This document shows, in pieces, positions 18,104 through 25,423 of a DNA stretch of 56,581 nucleotides. A program made the translations under genes and the position numbers. Location of the stretch: positions 1 to 56,581 of IMG/VR virus record IMGVR_UViG_3300020426_000005; one strand, written 5' to 3'. How positions within the stretch are numbered: position 1 is the stretch's first letter; every line of letters starts with the position of its first letter. The stretch comes from a virus. Taxonomy: Duplodnaviria; Caudoviricetes. The notes under the pieces were generated by a model. It was not told the origin of the DNA and ran no database searches. It saw only the letters and a list, made by a program, of their open reading frames with translations.

Positions 18104-18838
18104 ATGGAAATCACTTGCGAAGATAATATGGAATTAATGGCTAGATATCCAGATGGGTATTTCGACTTATCTAACGATGATCCACCATATTTTAAAGGTC
18201 CTAACAAAAGGAATTATTACGGAAATAGAGTAAATAAAATCAATATCAGACGTAAAGACTACGATATTATAGAAAAATGGGACATTCCTAATCAATCATA
18301 CTTTGATGAAGTAAAAAGAGTTTCCAAAAATCAAATTATTTGGGGGGCGAATTATTTCGATTTTATCGGTCAGCCGTTCAAAACACCAAGAGGTAAGGAA
18401 ATAAATAGTTTCATAGAAAAAAATCCTATTGGTTGGATTATTTGGGATAAATGTAACGGAGCAAGTTCTTTTAATGATTACGAATTAGCATGGACTTCAT
18501 TTGATCGCCCTACAGTAATTTATAGATTTATGTGGAATGGGATGCTTCAAGGCAAAAGCATGAATCAGGGTCATATCATGCAGGGAAATAAAGCTTTAAA
18601 TCAAAAAAGGATTCATCCAACTGAAAAACCTATTATTCTTTACGATTGGATCAATTTTAACTACACTGAACCCGGATATAAAGTTTTAAGCAATTTTGTA
18701 GGCAGCGGGGCAGATGCTATAAGCTCTTTAAAGTTTGATATTCAATTTATTGGAGCAGAATTAAATAAAAAAATATACGATAAAGCTTTGAGAAGATTAA
18801 AGCCTTATCAACAGCAATTACAATTATTCAACAATTAA
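18104..18838 (+). CDS. N6A/N4C DNA methyltransferase (beta-class order)
   Basis: DPPY, HPTEKP, FVGSG. Confidence 0.85.
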   Translation: MEITCEDNMELMARYPDGYFDLSNDDPPYFKGPNKRNYYGNRVNKINIRRKDYDIIEKWDIPNQSYFDEVKRVSKNQIIWGANYFDFIGQPFKTPRGKEINSFIEKNPIGWIIWDKCNGASSFNDYELAWTSFDRPTVIYRFMWNGMLQGKSMNQGHIMQGNKALNQKRIHPTEKPIILYDWINFNYTEPGYKVLSNFVGSGADAISSLKFDIQFIGAELNKKIYDKALRRLKPYQQQLQLFNN

Positions 18839-18847
18839 TACATCATC

Positions 18848-19108
18848 ATGACAAAAGAATTAAACAAAGATATCTCTCAAAAGATATCGGTAATCAGTTT
18901 TGCAGAAATAGAGCAAACAGACTTCTTTAAGAAAATGCCGAAGTTTCAAAAGAACTTCTTTCAACAAAATAAGAAACACGTTACACACCAGATCCACCAC
19001 GGATTTAATGTTGCCAGAAATTTAGGCTTCGAAGGGTGGGCCCGCCAAAGCAATGTTAACTATCAGGTGCAAATGATTGTTAAGGAATTAAATGAGACGA
19101 GGGTATAA
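18848..19108 (+). CDS. hypothetical protein
   Basis: 86 aa, preceded by the leader motif. Confidence 0.6.
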   Translation: MTKELNKDISQKISVISFAEIEQTDFFKKMPKFQKNFFQQNKKHVTHQIHHGFNVARNLGFEGWARQSNVNYQVQMIVKELNETRV

Positions 19109-20099
19109 TGTGGATAGTACCAAAGAACATACAGACGAACAGCAAATCTTATCTATTTGCTACGGATACGGAGGTCTCGAAAGAGGCGTTTCTTCAGTCG
19201 TTCCCATTAGACCCGTCGCTTATGTGGAGATCGAAGCCTTTCAAAACTTCAACCTGGTGGCAGCGATGGAATCGGGTATGGTGGATCCGGCACCTATTTG
19301 GACGGATCTTAAAACCTTCGATGCAAAACCATTTCGTAACAAATTACACGGTATCATTGGCGGTTATCCCTGCCAGGGAGAAAGCCTTGCCGGTAAACGA
19401 GAACTCTGGAATGATGACCGATTCCTTTGGCCGTATATTGAAAACATCATGCGAACAGCTCGACCTCTTTGGGGGTTCTTCGAAAATGTCGCAGGACACT
19501 TATCGGGATCTTTCCCCTACGTTTTGGACAGCTTACGAGCAATGGGTTACAAAGTTGAAGCAGGACTATACAGTGCGGAAGAAGCAGGCGCGCCACATCA
19601 AAGAAAGCGAATGTTTATCCTCGCCGTGGAAAACTCCTACCACTCAAGAAGTCGAGCATCCAGAAGCGATCTTCAACGAAAAAGGAAGGAGATTAACGAA
19701 GGACGGGAAAAACAGCCATTCGATGGGATTAGCGGATCAAGTAAAACAGAATTGGGCAACACCCAAATGCCAGAACGCAAATCAAGCAGCGGAACACGGT
19801 CAGGGAGGTCAGGATTTACAGACACAGGTTCAAAAGAACTGGCCAACGCCGACGGCATCAGAAGTAGGCAAAGCTTGCAAAGGACAGAGCCAAGAAAGCT
19901 TAATAAAAATGGCATTAAATGGCCAGCTCCACGAGGACATAAACAATACGAGTGGGAGGAACCAAGGACAGTTAAACCCGGCTTGGGTTGCACAGTTAAT
20001 GGGTACAACTTTAGAACAGAGCTTCTTCGCCAATACGGTAACGGAGTGGTCTCTCAAACCGCATCAATAGCGTTTAAGGATTTAATCGAAAAAATATGA
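19092..20099 (+). CDS. C5 cytosine DNA methyltransferase, catalytic polypeptide
   Basis: motif I CYGYGG, IV GGYPCQ, VI ENV, VIII QRKRMF, X YGNGV. Confidence 0.85.
   Translation: MRRGYNVDSTKEHTDEQQILSICYGYGGLERGVSSVVPIRPVAYVEIEAFQNFNLVAAMESGMVDPAPIWTDLKTFDAKPFRNKLHGIIGGYPCQGESLAGKRELWNDDRFLWPYIENIMRTARPLWGFFENVAGHLSGSFPYVLDSLRAMGYKVEAGLYSAEEAGAPHQRKRMFILAVENSYHSRSRASRSDLQRKRKEINEGREKQPFDGISGSSKTELGNTQMPERKSSSGTRSGRSGFTDTGSKELANADGIRSRQSLQRTEPRKLNKNGIKWPAPRGHKQYEWEEPRTVKPGLGCTVNGYNFRTELLRQYGNGVVSQTASIAFKDLIEKI
19108..20070 (+). CDS. overlapping-frame C5-MTase partner polypeptide (TRD plus motif IX)
   Basis: 320-codon ORF nested in the +1 frame; WKTP/WATP/WPTP repeats and LNPAWVAQLMG. Confidence 0.65.
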   Translation: MWIVPKNIQTNSKSYLFATDTEVSKEAFLQSFPLDPSLMWRSKPFKTSTWWQRWNRVWWIRHLFGRILKPSMQNHFVTNYTVSLAVIPAREKALPVNENSGMMTDSFGRILKTSCEQLDLFGGSSKMSQDTYRDLSPTFWTAYEQWVTKLKQDYTVRKKQARHIKESECLSSPWKTPTTQEVEHPEAIFNEKGRRLTKDGKNSHSMGLADQVKQNWATPKCQNANQAAEHGQGGQDLQTQVQKNWPTPTASEVGKACKGQSQESLIKMALNGQLHEDINNTSGRNQGQLNPAWVAQLMGTTLEQSFFANTVTEWSLKPHQ

Positions 20100-20467
20100 A
20101 AAACACCCTCCACCTAAACCTAAGAAAGCAATGGTTTGAAATGATCTTCTTAGGAATTAAGAAAGAAGAGTATCGGGAAATGTCAAATTATTGGTGTTCA
20201 CGATTAGGTCATAGTTATGATAATGAATCAAGCAATTGGATTGACGGTATATGGTACGGTCCTCATAAATGCTTCGACACCATCACTTTCTCCAATGGTT
20301 ATTCCAGAGACAGACCACGATTTGAAATAGAATTCAAAGGAATTGAAATAAGGGAAGGCAATCCAGAATGGGGAGCCGAACCGGGTAAAAAGTATTTTGT
20401 TTTAAAAATTGGAGAGATTCTAAGTAGTTTGAACTGTGATGAATTTATCCTAAAAAATATCGAGTAA
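20096..20467 (+). CDS. ASCH domain protein
   Basis: LHLNLRKQWFEMIFLGIKKEEYRE. Confidence 0.8.
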   Translation: MKNTLHLNLRKQWFEMIFLGIKKEEYREMSNYWCSRLGHSYDNESSNWIDGIWYGPHKCFDTITFSNGYSRDRPRFEIEFKGIEIREGNPEWGAEPGKKYFVLKIGEILSSLNCDEFILKNIE

Positions 20468-20553
20468 TGGAAACAGCAGCATGGATAACAATAGGGATAA
20501 TACTAATATTCCTGATCGGTCTTATATCGCTAGGGGATGGGAATTTTGAGTAA
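20467..20553 (+). CDS. tiny membrane peptide (28 aa)
   Basis: METAAWITIGIILIFLIGLISLGDGNFE; coupled start. Confidence 0.4.
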   Translation: METAAWITIGIILIFLIGLISLGDGNFE

Positions 20554-20592
20554 GTAAAATCTCTAATTAAGCATCGGCGTTTTACTATTGTT

Positions 20593-20796
20593 GCCTAACG
20601 AACGCGTTTAACGAACCGTTGCGATCGAATCGAAAATTAATTTAAAAAATATACAATATCATGGAATACAAAGGAAAATTATATGGTAAGATTGGTAATA
20701 AATACTTTGATACAAGTTACACATCTGAAGATTATGACAACTTAGTTAAAGAAAATAAGGAACTAAAGAAGCAATTGTCGTTAAACGCAGTTATGC
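20593..20796. repeat. attC-like long inverted repeat
   Basis: GCCTAAC..GCGTTTAACGA / TCGTTAAACGC..GTTATGC. Confidence 0.55.
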
Positions 20797-20906
20797 AGGT
20801 GAAGCCCGAAAAGGTTTGTGAACACGACCTATATTTTAGATCAGAAAATACTTGTGCCTGTAGAAATTGCGATTTTGAACACAAAGTAAACCCTAAAAAC
20901 CTTTGA
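20661..20906 (+). CDS. hypothetical protein with Cys-rich C-terminus
   Basis: 81 aa; reads through the right arm of the attC-like repeat. Confidence 0.65.
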   Translation: MEYKGKLYGKIGNKYFDTSYTSEDYDNLVKENKELKKQLSLNAVMQVKPEKVCEHDLYFRSENTCACRNCDFEHKVNPKNL

Positions 20907-21203
20907 GCAGTACAAAAACATAGCGTAGGCATAGTTCCTGAAAGGGCTTTAAGCGCAAACGAGCTCACGATTGAGTAAGAATTAAATAATTGAGCGTGGG
21001 CGTTTTTGTATTGTGTATAACTACTATTATCATCACTTTTCCTATTTGGAAAAGTTTGTAAACGGATAAATTAAAATCTGTTTTTATTTATTTTTTAATA
21101 AGGGTATTCCCTTATTTTTTGTATATTGCAGCTTACAACAATTAATATTCAAAGTCCTGCATCACAGGCAATCACATTCAAAATCGATTAACAAATTTAA
21201 GTT

Positions 21204-21716
21204 CTGGCCACAAGAAAAAAACAGCCTGAATTTGAACTTCAAAACACTGTACTCATTGGGTTAGATCCCGGTGTTCAGACAGGAATAGGAGCTATTGACC
21301 AAAACCAAAAAGTTGTTGGGTCTATGCCTATTCACTTAGCTATGCAATTCGTTTCGGATATCGCCGAAAAAGGCGTGAATATTCATTTACGTGTAGAAGA
21401 TTCTAGAAAAAGGAAATGGTACGGCAAGAAAACCAAAGGTAAAGACCAGGGAGCCGGTTCCATTAAGCGCGATTGCAAAATATGGGAGGATTTCTTAACC
21501 ACCCTAAAAGAAGTTTCAAAAGGAAAGATCACATTCGAAATGCTTCATCCTATCAAAGGAGGAACAAAGATCGATGCTACACTATTCCGAAAAATCACAG
21601 GCATTCAGAAAAGAACCAATGAGCATGGCCGTGATGCTTATATGTTAATCCACAATTTCACACCCAACAAAACAAGAAGGCCTATAGTGCCACCAAACAT
21701 ATTACAACATCAGTAA
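21204..21716 (+). CDS. RuvC-like Holliday junction resolvase (probable CTG start)
   Basis: in-frame VLIGLDPGVQTG upstream of the annotated ATG 21324; VEDS and HGRDA acidic motifs. Confidence 0.7.
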   Translation: MATRKKQPEFELQNTVLIGLDPGVQTGIGAIDQNQKVVGSMPIHLAMQFVSDIAEKGVNIHLRVEDSRKRKWYGKKTKGKDQGAGSIKRDCKIWEDFLTTLKEVSKGKITFEMLHPIKGGTKIDATLFRKITGIQKRTNEHGRDAYMLIHNFTPNKTRRPIVPPNILQHQ

Positions 21717-21862
21717 GCTAGGATGGATTAACACGCTTGTTTGTCGACAATCGAGGCCGCAATAATGCATGAATGCCAACATCGGGTTTCTTAGCTGAAG
21801 AATTGAGACATTTTCCTGATAAATTATTGCAAGACTGGCAATCTGGAAAGACAGATAAAAAT

Positions 21863-22045
21863 TAGTAGGTGGCGGAACTGGTAGACGCTAAAGTAATGAC
21901 CCTTATAGATTGGTTAGCATTAGAGTGAGAAGGCTGTAAAAATCAAACTTAACACTCCTGGGCACTGTTAGAGGACAGAATAATAAAAACTTAGAGGCTT
22001 AAAACCCAAACTCCAATCATGCAGGTTCGAATCCTGCCCTGCTAT
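21863..22045 (+). ncRNA. tRNA-like RNA with a 132-nt segment replacing the anticodon and variable arms
   Basis: acceptor TAGTAGG/CCTGCTA, Leu-type D arm GCGGAACTGGTAGACGC, T arm GCAGG-TTCGAAT-CCTGC. Confidence 0.7.
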
Positions 22046-22178
22046 CAAAAACCAGAGAGAAGGATCTATGAAAAGATAATAAAATCAGTTCGAAATGATG
22101 GAGTTATCCTGCTTACCTGATCAGTAAGATAGTAGATCCGTACGAAATACTTTTTTAATGACGTGATAATTGTTGAAA

Positions 22179-22207
22179 CCCTCCCGTCAGGAAATAAGTC
22201 GGGAGGG
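22179..22207 (+). terminator. strong hairpin (terminator or processing site)
   Basis: CCCTCCCG/CGGGAGGG; weak U tract. Confidence 0.5.
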
Positions 22208-22224
22208 AATTTAAAGATTAAAAT

Positions 22225-22569
22225 ATGCAAAAACATACTAAACTCTACATGCAAAAATTAGGCTACGCTGAAGGCGATTTTATCCCTTCGGAAATATCTG
22301 GCTTACAAGCGGTAGATATATCACACATACTCTGTCGAGGCATGGGAGGTTCTAAAGAACTGGACAGAATTGAAAACCTAATGGCAATTACCAGAGAAGA
22401 GCATGATCGCATAGGAGATAAAAAGCATTTAATCGCTGATCAATTTAGAATGCATGCCAGATTTTTAGAAGCGAACGGAGTGAAGTTTGACAAGATATGG
22501 ATGTACGAGCAAATTGAAAAGTATAGTCAATACGAATTAGCGGACGTGGATTTAATTAAAGGGCATTGA
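22225..22569 (+). CDS. HNH-like protein
   Basis: DISHI..RGMGGS..IENLMAITREEH. Confidence 0.6.
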   Translation: MQKHTKLYMQKLGYAEGDFIPSEISGLQAVDISHILCRGMGGSKELDRIENLMAITREEHDRIGDKKHLIADQFRMHARFLEANGVKFDKIWMYEQIEKYSQYELADVDLIKGH

Positions 22570-22571
22570 TT

Positions 22572-23411
22572 ATGAAAACAGTTACAAGTATTTCGGGAGG
22601 TCAGAGCAGTGCTTATGTAGCAGTTAATTATCCAAGTGATTTTAACGTGTTCTCATTGGTTCGTCTTGAAGATAAAAAATGCCAGTTTCCAGATAAAAAA
22701 ATGCGCCAATTAGTTGAAGATCGCATTCAAAAGCCATTCATAGGAACGGCAGAAGATGATATGATTATCTATACCATTCTTGATCTGGAACAACATTTAG
22801 GAAAAAAAATAGATTGGGTATCTGGCATAACATTCGAAGAAGTGATAAGAACCAGGGGAGGGTGGCTACCTAATAAATTGCATAGATACTGTACTACAGC
22901 AATGAAAATAGAACCTATGTTTTATTGGTGGGCAGAGCATATTGGCGAGCCTGTAGAAATGCAAATTGGTTATAGAGCAAACGAAACCCGAAGGGCAATT
23001 CGAATGAGTGATAAACTCAATCAAAATGGATTATTGGAAATGAAGGCTACTTTCGAAAAGCATCCTAATGGAAGAAATAAATGGGAAATGATAGAATGGC
23101 AAAAACCAGTCTTTCCTATGATTGAAGATAGCATTTATAGAGACCACGTTGTAGAGTTTTTCAGAAATAAAACTATTCGATTCGCTAAGAAAAATAATTG
23201 CGTTCATTGTTTTCATCAAAATCCAATGCTCTTAAAATTAAGATCTATGGATCATCCAAACAAAATGAAATGGGCGGCGAGACAGGAAGGCGGTAAAAAT
23301 GGTTTCTGGCGTTCAGATTTAAGCTATAAAACTATTATGCAGCATAACCCGCAAGGAGTTATCGATTACGATGAATTTTCAGATTGCGATTCAGGATTTT
23401 GTGGAATATGA
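22572..23411 (+). CDS. PAPS-reductase-family (PP-loop) protein
   Basis: SISGGQSS, RYCT, IGYRANE, CVHCF, terminal CDSGFCG. Confidence 0.75.
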   Translation: MKTVTSISGGQSSAYVAVNYPSDFNVFSLVRLEDKKCQFPDKKMRQLVEDRIQKPFIGTAEDDMIIYTILDLEQHLGKKIDWVSGITFEEVIRTRGGWLPNKLHRYCTTAMKIEPMFYWWAEHIGEPVEMQIGYRANETRRAIRMSDKLNQNGLLEMKATFEKHPNGRNKWEMIEWQKPVFPMIEDSIYRDHVVEFFRNKTIRFAKKNNCVHCFHQNPMLLKLRSMDHPNKMKWAARQEGGKNGFWRSDLSYKTIMQHNPQGVIDYDEFSDCDSGFCGI

Positions 23412-23423
23412 AAACCCAAGTAT

Positions 23424-23588
23424 ATGAAACTACGCGTACTTAAAAAGTTTGTAGACCAGGAAACCGGAGATACCCGACTTCCTAAAAAACAATTTACCAC
23501 CAATTCCGAAAGAGGACAGGACTTGATTGATAAAGGTTATTGTGCTGAAGTGAAGAGTAGGAAAAAGAAAGAAGAAAAAGATGAATAG
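23424..23588 (+). CDS. small hypothetical protein (54 aa)
   Basis: MKLRVLKKFVDQETGD...; translated by hand. Confidence 0.55.
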   Translation: MKLRVLKKFVDQETGDTRLPKKQFTTNSERGQDLIDKGYCAEVKSRKKKEEKDE

Positions 23589-23907
23589 AGAAGAGCTACT
23601 TCAGGAAATAGAAAAAGAGTTTGGCCCAGGTTGCGCAGCTATTTGTAAAGAACGTGCTAGACAAAAAGAGGTGAAAGGCTACGACATCAATAGAGATAAG
23701 GAGATTTATTATGATAATGAAGAACTCGCTAATGCAAGTGCGGCTTATGCGATTACCCCGGCTTCAGCACCTCATCATTTTAGAAGAAGTTCATTGTGGC
23801 CTTGGAACCCTGATATGTATAACGAAACTCCATTGAATAGGTTAAGAGAATTTGAAAAGGCAGGTGCATTATTAGCCGCTCAAATAGATGTTTCATGCTT
23901 AAAATAA
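23581..23907 (+). CDS. hypothetical phage protein
   Basis: ERARQ..KG, LANASAAYA, WPW, KAGALLAAQID. Confidence 0.7.
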   Translation: MNREELLQEIEKEFGPGCAAICKERARQKEVKGYDINRDKEIYYDNEELANASAAYAITPASAPHHFRRSSLWPWNPDMYNETPLNRLREFEKAGALLAAQIDVSCLK

Positions 23908-23991
23908 CCTACTGTCCTGTACTTGGCGCAATTTATCAGTTTACGCCAATCTATGAAAATAGAACGGTGAAACGCAATAAAAGAAAATCCA

Positions 23992-24264
23992 ATGGCAAAA
24001 ATAGAAGAATACAAAGACAAAGCAGGAAAACACCGTATTAGGCAAATCGCTGGTAACGGTGAAATTTCTGATTCTACGCACTAAGGCTACTATAATTTAA
24101 TTGATGCCAGAGAAGGAAAGATCAATACAAGCTTGAATTACTTGGAGCATTATATGAATGATATGAATATTAATCAATTAAAAAAGCTAGGAGAATTAGG
24201 CTTAGAAGCTTCCAAGGTTGCTTCACGAAAATTAATGGGATTTTTAATGCGAAACTCTAAATAA
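23992..24264 (+). pseudogene. DUF1508/YegP-like gene with internal TAA
   Basis: MAKIEEYKDKAGKHRIRQIAGNGEISDSTH*GY...; stop at 24082; frame continues to the coupled stop/start at 24262-24264. Confidence 0.6.
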
Positions 24265-24881
24265 TGAGTAAGAAGTTAACAGCTAATCAGGATCATTTTT
24301 GCGACATGTATTTGCATGGTGATGGATTTACAACAGCTAAGGTCTTTTCAAAATTTGAACACCCTCTATCCTATGGCGACCTGTACTATGTTTATCTATT
24401 AATTAATCCAATTACCGATGAAATTTTCTACGTAGGAAAAGGAAAAGGTAAAAGAGCCGAAAGTCATTTAAGAGAGAACATAACCGGTAAACTTATTAAT
24501 GCTAGAAAGCATATCGTAATAAATGAAATACTAGATAAAGGCGAAGAGCCTAGAATAATTGTCTTCGCAAATAACCTGGAAGAAAAAGATGCTTTTTCAA
24601 TTGAAAGGATTTTAATTAAAAGGTTCAAAAAACTTATTACAAATGCATCCAGTGGTCAATATGATAAGCATGAGAAAAACCAACAGTGGGCTATAGCGAC
24701 CTTGAGAAAAATAAAGCCTTTTGAAAAATGGGTTAATGAAAGACCAAGACCTCAAAAACATATAGAGATTTATCACGAAATGTTGGATACCATCAGTAAA
24801 GTAGCTTCAGGAGAGAAGAAGCTTTATGATACTATAAAAATTACTACCCGAAATGGGTTTAACTGCGTAGAAATAGACTAA
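24264..24881 (+). CDS. GIY-YIG endonuclease with a TerS-like N-terminal leader
   Basis: YYVYLLINP..FYVGKG..R..H..E; begins MSKKLTANQDHFCDMYL. Confidence 0.75.
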   Translation: MSKKLTANQDHFCDMYLHGDGFTTAKVFSKFEHPLSYGDLYYVYLLINPITDEIFYVGKGKGKRAESHLRENITGKLINARKHIVINEILDKGEEPRIIVFANNLEEKDAFSIERILIKRFKKLITNASSGQYDKHEKNQQWAIATLRKIKPFEKWVNERPRPQKHIEIYHEMLDTISKVASGEKKLYDTIKITTRNGFNCVEID

Positions 24882-25369
24882 TGAAACTAACCCCTAAACA
24901 AGACAAGGCATGTAAGGCTTATATCCTTTTAGGGGATAAATCTGCAGCTTATAGAGATGCTTACAACACCCAAAGAATGAAGCCTACAACGGTTAATGTT
25001 AAAGCTGTTCAATTCTTTAATCAGGATAAGATTAGGCTAAGGGTTCAAGAGCTACAGAATGAAGTTAGAAAGAAAGATGAATATACGCTAGAAGATTCGA
25101 TTAGAAGAGATTTAAAGCTTATTGAAAGGTATGAGAATGCACTAAGCATTTTAGAAAATTTTGAATCCGATGTTTTAGAGGTAGAAGCGGCTGAACGTAT
25201 GGTGAAATTTATTGGAGCATCAGGTTATAATTCAGCACAAGAAAGACTTTCAAAGCAGCATGGCTTTTACGAAAAAGACAATAGCCAATCTAAACCAGAA
25301 GTCAATATAATTAGCCTTGGAAGCGGCAAAAATCCCGAAGAAAATAACGCTGAAAGTTCTAAAAAATAG
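24881..25369 (+). CDS. terS: terminase small subunit
   Basis: LTPKQ..C..Y..AAYRDAY HTH pattern; upstream of TerL. Confidence 0.8.
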   Translation: MKLTPKQDKACKAYILLGDKSAAYRDAYNTQRMKPTTVNVKAVQFFNQDKIRLRVQELQNEVRKKDEYTLEDSIRRDLKLIERYENALSILENFESDVLEVEAAERMVKFIGASGYNSAQERLSKQHGFYEKDNSQSKPEVNIISLGSGKNPEENNAESSKK

Positions 25370-25423
25370 AAAAATGCTAAAAATTTACGGGGTTTATACT
25401 AAATAAATAACGATAGAGGTTCT

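Noticed and set aside
17304-20099. Complete restriction-modification system
   Set aside because: No cognate restriction endonuclease is adjacent; these are orphan phage MTases
21716-21830. HDV-like (theta) ribozyme
   Set aside because: The pseudoknot order is similar, but P3/L3/P1.1 do not fit, and it lies 5' rather than 3' of the tRNA-like element
21863-22045. tmRNA or canonical tRNA call
   Set aside because: It has a full D stem, no G3-U70 pair, no convincing tag ORF and no identifiable anticodon loop
22117-22150. Hammerhead ribozyme (CTGATCA..GTA/TAC-GAAA)
   Set aside because: The core would be C3/C8 rather than CUGANGA, and I could not build stems I and III with a cleavage triplet
22066-22254. 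62-aa minus-strand ORF in the ncRNA region
   Set aside because: It is antisense to the operon, has no recognisable features and overlaps predicted RNA helices
24074-24080. Fourth CTACGCA late-promoter copy
   Set aside because: No TAnnTT box at +48, and it lies within a coding remnant
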